Below, piece after piece: positions 14,054 through 24,178 of a stretch of DNA of 25,139 bases. The stretch's first letter is position 1; each line of letters starts with the position of its first letter. Made by a program: the position numbers and the translations under genes. A model generated the notes under the pieces. It ran no database searches. It was not told where the DNA came from and saw nothing but the letters and a program-made list of their open reading frames with translations. Origin of the DNA: a virus (lineage: Duplodnaviria; Caudoviricetes); IMG/VR virus record IMGVR_UViG_3300036855_000017, positions 1 to 25,139 of that record; one strand, given 5' to 3'.

Positions 14054-15985
14054 ATGGCAAGCGCAAACCAAACAGCTCGATTCGGGATCGCGCTCGACGC
14101 GGATGAAACCGTTGACGCAGCCGCTGAGGCAAAAGCGGCGCTCGAAGAATTGCGCGCGTCGATCAAGGGCGACACAGACGAGATCGGCCAGATGCAACGC
14201 GCCCTCAAAAACTTGAAGGGCGCGACAGTCGTCAACGTCGATCAGGTGAAGCGCTTGACCGATGCGCTCACCACGAAAAAGGCGGCGGTCGCAGACGCTC
14301 AATCCAAGTTCATCGCGCTCGGCGGATCGTTTCGCACGGCCGCAAAGAACGCGGGATCGGGCGAAAGTGCATTCAGCAAAATGCAATCGCGGATCGGCGA
14401 GCTCGAAGGCAAGCTGAAAGGCGGTGCCGACGCCGCGAAGAAAAACGCGGAAAGCTTCGATGAGTTTGCGAAGGTCGCGACGAAGTTGCCCGGTCCGCTC
14501 GGCAACGTGGTCGGTAAGCTCGGTGAGCTCAAGAGTTTGATCACGAGCTCGGGCTTTGCGCGGTTCGCGATCATCGCGGGCATGTTTGCGCTGATCGCTG
14601 CGTCAGTTGCAGCGGGCGCGGCGCTCACGAAATACGCGATCGGGCAAGCCGATGCTCGTCGCTCTGAGCTGTTGCGCATCGAAGGTCTGACGAAGCTTCG
14701 CAACTGGTACGGGATCGCGGCCGGCAACGCCAAGGAGATGCAAGCGGCGATCGACAAAGTCGCGGCGAGCACGCCGACCTCGCGAGAGAAGATCACCCAG
14801 TATAGTGACGAGCTCTACAAAATGCATCTTCGCGGCGACGCGTTGACTGAGACGCTCGAAGCGATGTCGATCAAAGCGAGCGTGCAGGGCGATGCTGCTG
14901 CCCATGCGTTCGCAGGCTGGGCGGCTGGCGCAAACCTAACAGGTCAGTCGGTCAAGCGTCTGAGCGACAACGTGAAAGCGCGCTTGGGCGGCATTGCTGC
15001 GAAGCAAATGGAATCGCTCACGGTGCAAGCCGAGAAGCAGCAGGAGGCGTTTGACGCGCTGTTCAATCGCGTCAACGTCGATCCGTACGTCAAAGCAAAA
15101 AAAGGTGTGAGCGATCTACTTTCGCAAACGACCAACAGCGGCAAGGCGCTGCAGACGATGGTCACGCACATCACGCAGCCGTTCGTGGACATGGCGACGC
15201 GCGCGCAGCCCTACATCAAACGCTTTTTCCAAGGGATGATCATCGCGGCGCTACAGCTCGATATCGTCTACCAAAGGCTGCGAATCAAGTTCAAAGAAAC
15301 GTTTGGCTCGGGTGTCAAGACGAACGGGATCGACAAGATGCGCGTAGCGGTAATGGCTGGATACACCGCTGTCTCGTTGCTGATCGGCGTGCTCGCGATC
15401 GCCGCGGGCGAGATGGCGATCTTCGCCGCGCCGGTGCTGCTCGCAGCTGCGGCGATTTGGGGTCTGTTTGAGATCGTCGATCAGCTCTATGCGCTGTGGA
15501 AGGAGATCGATTGGAGCGAGCTCGGCTCTGCGATCGGCGACGGCATCGTCAACGGGCTCAAGGATGACGCGACGTTGATCAAGAAAGCCGTGGGCGGCTT
15601 GGCCGATGATGCGCTGAGCGGATTCAAGAGCGCGCTCGGCATTCACTCGCCGTCGACCGTGTTTGCCAAGCTCGGCGTTGCGATCCCGGAAGGCGTCGGC
15701 GTTGGCGTCGAAGCTGGCGCACCCAAGGCGCAGGCGGCTGTTGACAACATGATTGGCATGCCGCGCATTTCAAGCGGCGCGGCTGACAGTGGCGGCGCAC
15801 CCTCGGGTAACCCGAGCGCGCCCCGTGGCGGGCCAACCACGGTCAACGTGAACGTGGGCGACATCAACATCGCCGCGGGCGGCAGCAAGCAATCTGACAT
15901 CACGCAATCGCTGCGCGACGAAGTCGCGTCGATCTTCGAAGGCGTTGCGATTCAGCTGGGCGCGATGCTGCCGGGGGGTGCGTGA
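14054..15985 (+). CDS. Tape measure protein
   Basis: 643 aa, Ala/Lys-rich helical, with hydrophobic segments and the LGIHSPSTVF motif. Confidence 0.9.
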   Translation: MASANQTARFGIALDADETVDAAAEAKAALEELRASIKGDTDEIGQMQRALKNLKGATVVNVDQVKRLTDALTTKKAAVADAQSKFIALGGSFRTAAKNAGSGESAFSKMQSRIGELEGKLKGGADAAKKNAESFDEFAKVATKLPGPLGNVVGKLGELKSLITSSGFARFAIIAGMFALIAASVAAGAALTKYAIGQADARRSELLRIEGLTKLRNWYGIAAGNAKEMQAAIDKVAASTPTSREKITQYSDELYKMHLRGDALTETLEAMSIKASVQGDAAAHAFAGWAAGANLTGQSVKRLSDNVKARLGGIAAKQMESLTVQAEKQQEAFDALFNRVNVDPYVKAKKGVSDLLSQTTNSGKALQTMVTHITQPFVDMATRAQPYIKRFFQGMIIAALQLDIVYQRLRIKFKETFGSGVKTNGIDKMRVAVMAGYTAVSLLIGVLAIAAGEMAIFAAPVLLAAAAIWGLFEIVDQLYALWKEIDWSELGSAIGDGIVNGLKDDATLIKKAVGGLADDALSGFKSALGIHSPSTVFAKLGVAIPEGVGVGVEAGAPKAQAAVDNMIGMPRISSGAADSGGAPSGNPSAPRGGPTTVNVNVGDINIAAGGSKQSDITQSLRDEVASIFEGVAIQLGAMLPGGA

Positions 15986-16527
15986 TGGCTGCGCCATCGG
16001 CAAAAAATTGGAACCCAATTTCACAGCCGGTGAATCGGTTTCTGCTCATGCAGAAAGCCTCGCCCGGAATCTGCGAGATCTCCGGCGCTGACTCGCCACG
16101 CAAATGGGATGAGCTCGATGGTTACGGATTGAGCGGCGCGCGACTTCGCTACCGGGGGCTCGGCGTCTGTCACTTCAGCGCGATGCTGTCGCTGTATACC
16201 GAGCAAGACTGGTCCGACTGGGAGGCGTTCGAGCCGCTCGTCAAGCGCGCGCCACTCGGCAAGTTTGCGCGTGCGATGGACATCTATCACCCGCTGTTAC
16301 AGCGGCTCGATATCAAATCTGTGGTTGTCGAAAACGAAGTCGGCGCCGTGCAGTCCGACGACGGCGTGTGGACCATCGAGATCAAGTTTATTGAGTTTCG
16401 AAAGCCGAAGCTTGCGCTTGCAACTCCGGACGGTGCCGCCGCAACGCCAGCCGATCCGTACGATGTGCTGATCGGCCAGCTGAATGATCAGGCGAATGAC
16501 CTCGCTGCAAAGGCGGATGCGCTGTGA
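15982..16527 (+). CDS. Putative tail tube initiator/baseplate-proximal protein
   Basis: Directly after tape measure, with a tube-like pattern (KWDELDGYGLSGA; WTIEIKFIEF). Start is GTG 15982 or ATG 15985. Confidence 0.6.
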   Translation: MMAAPSAKNWNPISQPVNRFLLMQKASPGICEISGADSPRKWDELDGYGLSGARLRYRGLGVCHFSAMLSLYTEQDWSDWEAFEPLVKRAPLGKFARAMDIYHPLLQRLDIKSVVVENEVGAVQSDDGVWTIEIKFIEFRKPKLALATPDGAAATPADPYDVLIGQLNDQANDLAAKADAL

Positions 16528-17717
16528 GCGACGACGCTGCATTCGCAACAGTGAACGGCAGCCGCGCGACGCGCGTGCACCTGTTCGTCGGCAACAAAGG
16601 CCCGTGGTACGCCGACGTCGATTTCGAAGACGCGCCTGACTTGTCAGGCCATGTCACGATCAAGCTTGGTGAGCTGTCGCTACAGGGCACGATAGTTCCC
16701 GCGCAAGACGGAACCTTCGGAGGCTCGCGTCGCTCGCGCATCGTTGCGGGTGGTGGTGGATGGGGGGACGAGCTCGCTGCGAAGGGTTATCACAACGACG
16801 CTGGCATCAAAGCCGAGCTCGTTGCTCAAGACGCTGCGCGTGAAGCGGGCGAAGTGATCGGCGGTTTTGTTCCGTTCGCTGAGCGCATCGGCATCGACTA
16901 TGCGCGTCAGGCCGGCACTGCTTCGAAAGCGCTCGAAGACGCGATCGGCGATGTTCCGTGGTGGGTTGATTACAACGGCATTACGCAGGTCGGAGCGCGC
17001 CCGGCTGTCACGCTCGCATCGGCTGACTATCAGCTCGTCGCATACGATCCGCGCGCGCGCATCGCGACGCTATCAATCGACGACCCGAGCATTATCGTCC
17101 CGGGCGTGGTGCTGAGTGATCGGCTCGACATCCCGCAAACGATTCGAGAGTTTGAGCTCGTTGTCGGCGGCGAAGGCGATGGCCTACGCGTCACGGCGTG
17201 GATGGGCGGCGACGTATCGGAGGAGGGTCGACTCGCGCAGCTTATGCGTTCGATCATCTTGCGCGCGACCGACGGCTGCGTGCACGGCGTGTTCCGCTAT
17301 CGCGTGATCCGCATGGCAGCCGACGGGCGCGTCGAGCTGCAAGCGATTCGCAAAGTGGTCGGATTGCCGGATCTGTTGCCGGTGTCGCAGTGGCCGGGCG
17401 TGGCGGGTGTGCATGCGGAGTTGACGCCCGGCGCAACGGTGCTCGTGCAGTTCGTTGACGGGGACCGCACGCAACCGATCATCACGGGTTACGAAGGCAA
17501 AAACGGCGCGGGCTTCGTGCCGGTGTCGCTGTTCGTCGGCGGCTCAACGGGGGAGCCCGCCGCTCGGAGCGGCGACGCGGTCGAAGTGTTGTTGCCCCCC
17601 GCGGTGTTCAGCGGCTCGATCGGCGGTGCACCGGCGAGCGGCGTGCTGACGTTTCCGATCGGCAAGACGAGCGGCACGATCACTGCGGGTTCATCGAAAG
17701 TGAAGGTCGCGACATGA
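16524..17717 (+). CDS. Fused baseplate hub and central spike with a C-terminal PAAR-like repeat
   Basis: Hub-like N-terminus, then an OB-fold-like spike segment (GRVELQ...PGATVLVQFVDGDRTQPII). C-terminus PAARSGD...GTITAGSSKV. Confidence 0.7.
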   Translation: MSDDAAFATVNGSRATRVHLFVGNKGPWYADVDFEDAPDLSGHVTIKLGELSLQGTIVPAQDGTFGGSRRSRIVAGGGGWGDELAAKGYHNDAGIKAELVAQDAAREAGEVIGGFVPFAERIGIDYARQAGTASKALEDAIGDVPWWVDYNGITQVGARPAVTLASADYQLVAYDPRARIATLSIDDPSIIVPGVVLSDRLDIPQTIREFELVVGGEGDGLRVTAWMGGDVSEEGRLAQLMRSIILRATDGCVHGVFRYRVIRMAADGRVELQAIRKVVGLPDLLPVSQWPGVAGVHAELTPGATVLVQFVDGDRTQPIITGYEGKNGAGFVPVSLFVGGSTGEPAARSGDAVEVLLPPAVFSGSIGGAPASGVLTFPIGKTSGTITAGSSKVKVAT

Positions 17718-18247
17718 CCGCGACCTATATCGGATCGCTGTCGCTCGGCGTTGCGGTACCTGGGGCCGAAGCTGCGGCGGTCGCTGGCATCGCGGGAATC
17801 AACGGCGCGCTACCAGACATCGAAGCGCGCATCGCTGCGCTCGAAGCGTTTGCCCCGTTGCCCGTCGACTTCGGCGCGCAACTGTTGCTCGCGCAGCAGA
17901 CCGTGATCTCGATCCAGTCCGCACTGACGCTCGGGCTGCCAGTGCCGAGCATCGACGACCAGATCGCATTGGTCGCGGCGCAGCTCGCTGCTCTGCTTGC
18001 GACCGCAAACGCTGTGCACGCGCAGCTGTCAATCGTTACGGGGATCAAGTCGCTGCTTGAAGCGTCCGGCGCGTTTGCATATTCCGTGACTAACACTGTG
18101 GGCGGCGTTGGTAGTGATCTGTCGAGCGTGCTTGCGGGCGGCGTGCCGGGCGGGAGCCCGGGCGACGCGTGTCACGCGCTCTTGCTGTTAGCCGTTTCGC
18201 CAGCCACGTGGGACGCGATGTCGTCGCTGTTCAAGGTGACGCCATGA
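17714..18247 (+). CDS. Hypothetical hydrophobic helical protein in the baseplate cluster
   Basis: ATGA-coupled on both sides, Ala/Leu/Gly-rich. Confidence 0.75.
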   Translation: MTATYIGSLSLGVAVPGAEAAAVAGIAGINGALPDIEARIAALEAFAPLPVDFGAQLLLAQQTVISIQSALTLGLPVPSIDDQIALVAAQLAALLATANAVHAQLSIVTGIKSLLEASGAFAYSVTNTVGGVGSDLSSVLAGGVPGGSPGDACHALLLLAVSPATWDAMSSLFKVTP

Positions 18248-18723
18248 GCAGCACACTCGATCTGATCAATGCGGATATTGCGACGCTGACAACGCTCGTT
18301 GTTCCGCCCGCGACAGATGCGCAACTCGGATGGGGCGTCGACTTGAGTTGCGTCAGCGACTGCGCCGACAGCTTTGCCGAGATAGATCCTAACTCGCCGA
18401 TCGGCATTGCCGAAGCTGCGATCCGTCGACTCACAACGCCGCGCGGAGCTATGCAGGATGATCCGGATTACGGGCTCTACCTATCGGGCTACTGCAACAA
18501 CGGCGTAAGCGTTCAGCAGCTGCAAGATCTAAACGGCATGATCGTCAACGAGCTTCGTAAAGACGATCGCATTGACGATGTTGGCGTGACAGTCGCGCAG
18601 TCCGACGACTTCAAAGAGCTGTCAGTCACCCTGACGATCACGCCCGCCGATCCAACTCAAGCGCAATTCACGCTCGTGCTGTCAGTCACGAGTGGCGACG
18701 TGTTGCTCGTCACCATCACCTGA
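18244..18723 (+). CDS. Baseplate wedge/sheath initiator (gp25/GpW/Mu gp46-like)
   Basis: IRRLTTPRG...DPDYG and ELRKDDRI motifs. ATGA overlap gives start 18244. Confidence 0.85.
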   Translation: MSSTLDLINADIATLTTLVVPPATDAQLGWGVDLSCVSDCADSFAEIDPNSPIGIAEAAIRRLTTPRGAMQDDPDYGLYLSGYCNNGVSVQQLQDLNGMIVNELRKDDRIDDVGVTVAQSDDFKELSVTLTITPADPTQAQFTLVLSVTSGDVLLVTIT

Positions 18724-18728
18724 TCGCT

Positions 18729-19913
18729 ATGGCCATTTTCTCAATCGACGACTTGATCACGCCCGTCTCAAAAGAAGACGTGCAGACGTCGATCTACAAA
18801 GTGTTGGCAAAGGTCGGCGTCAACACAACGAACTGGAAAAGCGGCGCCGTCGTTCGCACGATGATCGTTAGCAACTCGATCATCCTAGCGGCGCTGTCGC
18901 AGCTGCAAGCCAACATCGCACGCAGCGGCTTTCTCGAGTTCAGTAGCAAAGACTGGCTGACCATCGTCGCGGGATACGTCTACGGACTCGATCGCATTCT
19001 CGCAACGTACGCATCGGGCAGCGTCACGCTGGTCAACTCGGGCGGCGGAGTTTACACGCTCGCGCCGGGCGATCTGATTCTCGTCGACATCAACGGCAAG
19101 AGTTACCAAAACACCGCGTCGATCACGATCGGTTCGATGGCAACGGTGACCGGCGCTCCATTTCAGGCGGTCGATCCCGGCGCGCTGATCGCAAACGTAG
19201 GTGACATCAACGCGCTGTCGACGAGCTTGATCGGCGTGACCTGCACGAACACGACAACGTTCATCGGCACCGATGACGAAGAAGACGGTCAGCTTCGCAT
19301 TCGCTGTTACGAACAGCTCGGCGCGCTCAGTCCCATGGGACCATGGGACGCATATGGCGCCGCGGTCCGTAACGCGAAGCTCCCAGACGGAACACCGATC
19401 GGCGTGACCCGCACGCGCATCACGAAGGATGGAAGTGGCAACGTCAACGTGTACCTCGCAGACGGGGGCGGCGGTCTCGCTGGAACGATCGGCAATCCGT
19501 CGACGCCGCTCGGAGCGGCAGACGAAGCGATCCAGCAGTTCGCGGCCCCGCTCGCCGTGACAGCGAACACGCACGCGGCGACGGACGTCACCACGGCCGT
19601 GACCTATGAACTTTGGACGTACAACACGAGCGGCTATACGACCGATCAGATCACGAGCCTGATCAGCAAAAGCATCGTGGCTTTCTTCGGCGCGCAACCG
19701 ATCGGCGGCAACATCATCACGGCGCCGCCCGGCGCGATGTTCGTTGACGCGCTGCGCTCGGCGATCGCGAACACGTTGCCGCAAATCTTTCACGTCGTCG
19801 TAACCGCGCCGTCGGGAGACGTGTCGCTCGCAACGAGTGAAGTTGCGGTCGCGGGAACGATCACGCCGACTGCGATCCATCAAGTCACGCCGCCCGAGGG
19901 ATTCAGCACATGA
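18729..19913 (+). CDS. Baseplate J / Mu gp47-like protein
   Basis: WLTIVA...YGLDR..ATYASGSV and GTDDEEDGQLRIR motifs, 394 aa. Confidence 0.9.
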   Translation: MAIFSIDDLITPVSKEDVQTSIYKVLAKVGVNTTNWKSGAVVRTMIVSNSIILAALSQLQANIARSGFLEFSSKDWLTIVAGYVYGLDRILATYASGSVTLVNSGGGVYTLAPGDLILVDINGKSYQNTASITIGSMATVTGAPFQAVDPGALIANVGDINALSTSLIGVTCTNTTTFIGTDDEEDGQLRIRCYEQLGALSPMGPWDAYGAAVRNAKLPDGTPIGVTRTRITKDGSGNVNVYLADGGGGLAGTIGNPSTPLGAADEAIQQFAAPLAVTANTHAATDVTTAVTYELWTYNTSGYTTDQITSLISKSIVAFFGAQPIGGNIITAPPGAMFVDALRSAIANTLPQIFHVVVTAPSGDVSLATSEVAVAGTITPTAIHQVTPPEGFST

Positions 19914-20602
19914 GCCTTGGGACCATCATTCGAACGTATCGCGACGCGATTCGCGACATCTCGCCGCCATGGTTGCGCAAGGGCAACGCGGAGAAGTTGG
20001 GCTACTCGCTCGGCGTGGTGGTCGATGACTTTGCTGAAGCGCTGAACGCTTCGATCCGGATTCGATTCCCGGGCGTGTACAGCACCGAGTCACTTCCACT
20101 GATCGGGCGTGAGCGTCGCATTCGTCGCGGTCGCACGGAAACTGATGCGGTGTACGCGTCGCGGTTGACTCGATGGCTGACCGACCATCGCCGCCGTGGC
20201 GGGCCCTACGCGATGCTTGCTCAGGTGTTCGCGCACTACGCGCCCAACAACTTCAATATCGAGCTGATCTATCGGTCGGGTCGTCAGTTCGCGATGGACA
20301 CGGCCGGCGCAGTGGTGCGGAGCGATATCAGTTGGTCACCCGATTCGACGCCGAGCCTTTGGGCGCATTGGTGGCTGATCTATCACTGGCCTGATCCGGT
20401 CGCGGCGTCAGGCACTTGGGACGATGAACCCACGACCGTTTGGGATGACACCGCTACGGTGTGGGATTCGGACTTGTCGCCTCAAGACGTTGAAGACATC
20501 CGTCTTGTCCCGAAGGAATGGAACGCGGCCCACTGCATCGGAACGATTCGCCTGATCGATTCGAGCTCGAATCAAATCCAGTTCCAGATCGGAAACGACT
20601 AA
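19910..20602 (+). CDS. Baseplate wedge protein (P2 gpI / Mu gp48-like)
   Basis: Follows J. LPLIGRERRI.RG..ETD..YASRL motif. Confidence 0.75.
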   Translation: MSLGTIIRTYRDAIRDISPPWLRKGNAEKLGYSLGVVVDDFAEALNASIRIRFPGVYSTESLPLIGRERRIRRGRTETDAVYASRLTRWLTDHRRRGGPYAMLAQVFAHYAPNNFNIELIYRSGRQFAMDTAGAVVRSDISWSPDSTPSLWAHWWLIYHWPDPVAASGTWDDEPTTVWDDTATVWDSDLSPQDVEDIRLVPKEWNAAHCIGTIRLIDSSSNQIQFQIGND

Positions 20603-20604
20603 CA

Positions 20605-21645
20605 ATGAAAACGCTGACCGAAGTCGACAACTACGACGCAAGTGTCACCGTTCCCGAGGGCGGCGATCCGCGATCGAACGCAGCCGAAGCGGTAGAAGCT
20701 ATCGCGCAGGTGTTCGCCGATCGAACGCTCAATCTGAAAAACCGAGCAGACGGCGCAGCGTATCTCGCTGTCGCAAACGTGTTCACGGGCGTGCCGCAAT
20801 ACGTGGACTCCGCCGACTGTGAGATCGCGCAGCGGGAGATCGTTCGCTCGTCGCTCGATGAACCGACCAACAGCAGCAACGCATGGAAGTTGATCGACAA
20901 CCTGGCGAGCGATCACTCCGCGCGCCGCGTACGCATCTACGCGGGCGGCAACAACGCAACCGGCATGTTCGCGATCACAGTGAATGCGTTTTGGCACAAG
21001 TCCGATCAGCACTGGCGCCACGATGTCAGTAGCAATGACTCTTTAGCGCTGATGATCAAAGGCGAGCAGATGGTGCTGACGCGCCAGCTGTCTAGCGTGG
21101 GCGCGTGGACCGCATGGCCCACCGATAAAGGCGACACGGTTATCGGCGGCGACTATCTCTATGCCGCGCAAAAGCCACGTACGACGCTGATCAACATCGC
21201 GAACGTGACGGGTCCGGTCATTCGCAACAGCGATGGCAGTTACACGCTCGACTCGTCGTTTACCGGACCGATTGCGTTTCCGGTATGGCTGCCGGCCGGC
21301 GCAATCATTCTCAAAGTGAACGTGCTTGCGCTGCAGCATGACGCCGCGCAAGCGCCGCTGTTCAAGTTCGTGGCGCGGCCACAGGCAAACTGGCCGCCGT
21401 CTTCCGCAACGGCGACGCTGCAGTTTGCGCGTGACAGTCAGAGCGGACCGGCTGCGACCGGCATGCAATTCACGGTGCTCGATCCGAGCGCTGGCGGCGG
21501 CGGGTATGGCGTCGATCCTACGCTCGAAGAATACGCGGTCACCTACGAGCTGCAGCCGAGTGGCACGAGCATGACCGCGCCGCTCGACGCGGTGCACGGA
21601 ATCCAAGTTGTGTGGACCGCAGCGGGACCGGGAGACGCGGTATGA
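20605..21645 (+). CDS. Tail fibre / fibre-attachment protein
   Basis: N-terminal AQVFADRTLNLK motif typical of myophage fibre N-termini. ATG 20605 is 2 nt after the previous stop. Confidence 0.7.
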   Translation: MKTLTEVDNYDASVTVPEGGDPRSNAAEAVEAIAQVFADRTLNLKNRADGAAYLAVANVFTGVPQYVDSADCEIAQREIVRSSLDEPTNSSNAWKLIDNLASDHSARRVRIYAGGNNATGMFAITVNAFWHKSDQHWRHDVSSNDSLALMIKGEQMVLTRQLSSVGAWTAWPTDKGDTVIGGDYLYAAQKPRTTLINIANVTGPVIRNSDGSYTLDSSFTGPIAFPVWLPAGAIILKVNVLALQHDAAQAPLFKFVARPQANWPPSSATATLQFARDSQSGPAATGMQFTVLDPSAGGGGYGVDPTLEEYAVTYELQPSGTSMTAPLDAVHGIQVVWTAAGPGDAV

Positions 21646-22667
21646 GTTTCCTCGACGCACTGTTTCGCGCTCAGCCAGCCACGGCGCTCGTTACTACGGG
21701 CGGGCTCGTCGATGTCAGCGCAAGCGATCCGCCCGCCGCTGGCTATACGCTGCAAGCCGTCGACGATCAGCATGCGATCTGGGTGCCCTCCACGGGCGTC
21801 GACGCGACGGCTCGTGCGTCGGCCGCCGCAGCACTAGCCGCTGCGACTGCGGCCGCATCGAACAGCATCGATCCGGCGACGCTGCTTCCGTTGCATCGCT
21901 GGCGAGCTAGCGTCAACTCGCAAACCGGCGGGCTTGTTGACAGCCTCACTGACTCGGGCAGCTTGCCGAAAAATCTCACGGCAGCGGGCGCGAATCGGTG
22001 CGGTGTGCTCACGGATGGCGCCGGGAAAACGTATCTCAATCTGGCCGGTGCGAGCGACTACGTTGCAGGCGTGGCATCCGATTGGAGCTTTCTGTCTGAC
22101 GGGACTCCATTCACGATCTTCGCGGTCTTGACGAAGCCTTCGTTTGCGTCGGGCAACATGAACGCGCTGCTTGCCACGATGAACTATTCATCGGGTGGGC
22201 ACGGGATCCGCATCGGCGCAGGAAGCATTAGCAACGCAGCGAGCTCGCCAACACCACTCAGCGGGTGGGAGCTTGCCGTCTACAACGGAAGCACTTTGTA
22301 CGCGATGACGCATTGGCGCTTTGTACCCGTTACTGCGATCAGCGTGATGGCTTGGCAGTACGTCGGTTATGCGAAGAGCGGCTTCAATGGCGAGTTTTCT
22401 GGCACCAATCCAGTGACGACGTCGATGGCTGAGATGCAGTTTTGGCAGAACGGCCAAGTCATCGCGCGCGTCAACGATGGGCTGACCGGCAACACTTTCG
22501 CGACCACGCCCGATGCGCCGTTGAATGTCGGGTCGTTTCCCGGCGGATCGGGCACGAAGTTCACGGGCAAGCTGTATGAGCTGGCGATCTACAACCGGAC
22601 CTTTTCCGACCTGACAATGCAGCAACTCGCAAACTATGCCGCGTCAACCTACGGGGCCGTGATCTAG
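21642..22667 (+). CDS. Putative receptor-binding protein with LamG/ConA-like domain
   Basis: Short adapter, Ala-rich linker, then PFTIFAV, FWQNGQ, LNVGS and FTGKLYELAIYNRTFS motifs. Confidence 0.75.
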   Translation: MSFLDALFRAQPATALVTTGGLVDVSASDPPAAGYTLQAVDDQHAIWVPSTGVDATARASAAAALAAATAAASNSIDPATLLPLHRWRASVNSQTGGLVDSLTDSGSLPKNLTAAGANRCGVLTDGAGKTYLNLAGASDYVAGVASDWSFLSDGTPFTIFAVLTKPSFASGNMNALLATMNYSSGGHGIRIGAGSISNAASSPTPLSGWELAVYNGSTLYAMTHWRFVPVTAISVMAWQYVGYAKSGFNGEFSGTNPVTTSMAEMQFWQNGQVIARVNDGLTGNTFATTPDAPLNVGSFPGGSGTKFTGKLYELAIYNRTFSDLTMQQLANYAASTYGAVI

Positions 22668-22687
22668 CAACGCATACGAGGTGACAC

Positions 22688-23392
22688 ATGGACTTGATCA
22701 CTCGACTGACTTCAGATCCGAAGACGCTGCTCGACGTCGACGTCGCCGGCAACGCCACGCAAACCTCGAAGGTGTTCGTCAACGCACGCGGCATGCTGAG
22801 CATGTCACTCGAGTTGACCATCACACCCGCGGTCAATCCGGTGAACATGACGATGCGCGTGCTCGGTGAGGACTCGGTGCCCGCGACCGACACCACGCGC
22901 CTGATCCCATTCACTTCGATTCCGCTGCCGGACTTGAGCGCGTTGTCGGCGCCCTACACCGCGATCGTCGACATCCCGGTGCAGACGGGATTCTTTCAAG
23001 TCGAGTTCCAATGCAACACGTCGAACGGCGCGCACGTGAAGTGCGTCGCGTGGGGAAGCGAGTCCGCATACACGCCGGGCAATGCAGCGCAGTCGGTCAC
23101 GCTGAGCAAGGCGGTTGACGTAGCAGTCTATTCGCCGTGCACGTACGCGAAGGTTGCCGCGGACACGTCGATGCATGCGGTCGACAAGACACAAGCGGTC
23201 AAGACACCCATCTTCATCAAGGTCGAACAAACGATGGTCGGCACCGTCACGATCTCCGACGGCACGAACGCGGGCGCAGTGCTGGCGAAAGGCGACACGA
23301 TGCCGTTCTACGGAACGAACCTGAACCAGATCTATTATCAGTTCAGCCAGAACGCGACGACCGAGCGCTTCTCGATGAGCGCGGGGATCTGA
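22688..23392 (+). CDS. Hypothetical beta-rich virion protein
   Basis: SD GAGGT. Beta-strand pattern, located in the fibre cluster. Confidence 0.7.
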   Translation: MDLITRLTSDPKTLLDVDVAGNATQTSKVFVNARGMLSMSLELTITPAVNPVNMTMRVLGEDSVPATDTTRLIPFTSIPLPDLSALSAPYTAIVDIPVQTGFFQVEFQCNTSNGAHVKCVAWGSESAYTPGNAAQSVTLSKAVDVAVYSPCTYAKVAADTSMHAVDKTQAVKTPIFIKVEQTMVGTVTISDGTNAGAVLAKGDTMPFYGTNLNQIYYQFSQNATTERFSMSAGI

Positions 23393-23395
23393 CCG

Positions 23396-24163
23396 ATGCG
23401 CTCCGACAATGCTGCGCTGCAATGCGCGACCATCTACGCGCCTCCAACGCAAGACACACCTGCGATCATTCTCGGAGCAAAGCGCATTCTTGAGCTCGAT
23501 TCTGACGTCGGGCCGGTTATCGGTTCTGGCTCTCGAGTCACGAATTGGGTGGATCAAAGCGCATTAGGCAACTCGCCCTCGCAGCCGACCGCGGGTAAAC
23601 AGCCGTTGCAAGTTGCTGGCGTGCTCGATGGTCATGCGGCAATCCGGACAGACGGCTCGGATGATTCGCTTCGCCTTGCAGGCACGTTCAGCGGGCTCGC
23701 GATCGGAGATCGGCCGTACATCTATTGCGTGAGCAAGCCGCGCGCAGGTTCGGTGCCGTACAACGATACGCTCATCTGTCTGGACACCGATGGCGCCGCA
23801 AGTGCGACCTCCCATCTGACGCTGTTGTTTCACACCGTCTCAAACATCAGGGCGCAGAGTAACTCGCCGTTTGTGAGCGTTGGCGAGACCAGCCTATCGG
23901 CAAGATTGCTCACGGCTAGGTTTGAAGCGAGCACCCTCGAGCTCGATCTCAACAACGTGACATTGGGAACCGTAGCCATGAGCGGGATGGCGGCGCTAAC
24001 CCCGATCTGGCTGACGTTGGGAGATCGCGTGCAAGGCGTCTCTGTACCGGGAGCGACCGACTACTTTCGGATCGTGTTCGCGAACCCAGCGCCGAGCGCT
24101 TCGCAGCACGCGCGAATGCTTGCTTACCTTCGTGCCAAGTACCCCTCGTGCGGAATCGCCTAA
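23396..24163 (+). CDS. Second LamG/ConA-like protein
   Basis: VTNWVDQSALGN..SQPTAGKQP.....DG..AIRTDGSDDSL and terminal AYLRAKY patterns of phage LamG-like domains. Confidence 0.75.
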   Translation: MRSDNAALQCATIYAPPTQDTPAIILGAKRILELDSDVGPVIGSGSRVTNWVDQSALGNSPSQPTAGKQPLQVAGVLDGHAAIRTDGSDDSLRLAGTFSGLAIGDRPYIYCVSKPRAGSVPYNDTLICLDTDGAASATSHLTLLFHTVSNIRAQSNSPFVSVGETSLSARLLTARFEASTLELDLNNVTLGTVAMSGMAALTPIWLTLGDRVQGVSVPGATDYFRIVFANPAPSASQHARMLAYLRAKYPSCGIA

Positions 24164-24178
24164 CAACAGGAGCGTCGA

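Noticed and set aside
11421-20602. Tailocin, eCIS or T6SS locus
   Set aside because: A full head and packaging module is present in the same operon, so this is a phage.
21608-21617. TTGTGTGGAC, a partial match to the cassette repeat
   Set aside because: Inside a coding region (VVWT), lacks the TGATTTT head and the downstream TGCTA, so likely chance.
376-23557. Long minus-strand and alternate-frame ORFs (e.g. 376..1425, 6346..7203, 10345..11421, 11463..12527, 18885..19883, 22805..23557)
   Set aside because: They are shadows of well-supported + strand genes in high-GC DNA, mostly Arg/Ala/Ser-rich with no recognisable motifs.
20605-24163. Diversity-generating retroelement or invertible fibre cassette
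   Set aside because: No reverse transcriptase or invertase gene, and I saw no template/variable repeat pair or inverted fibre segment in the window.
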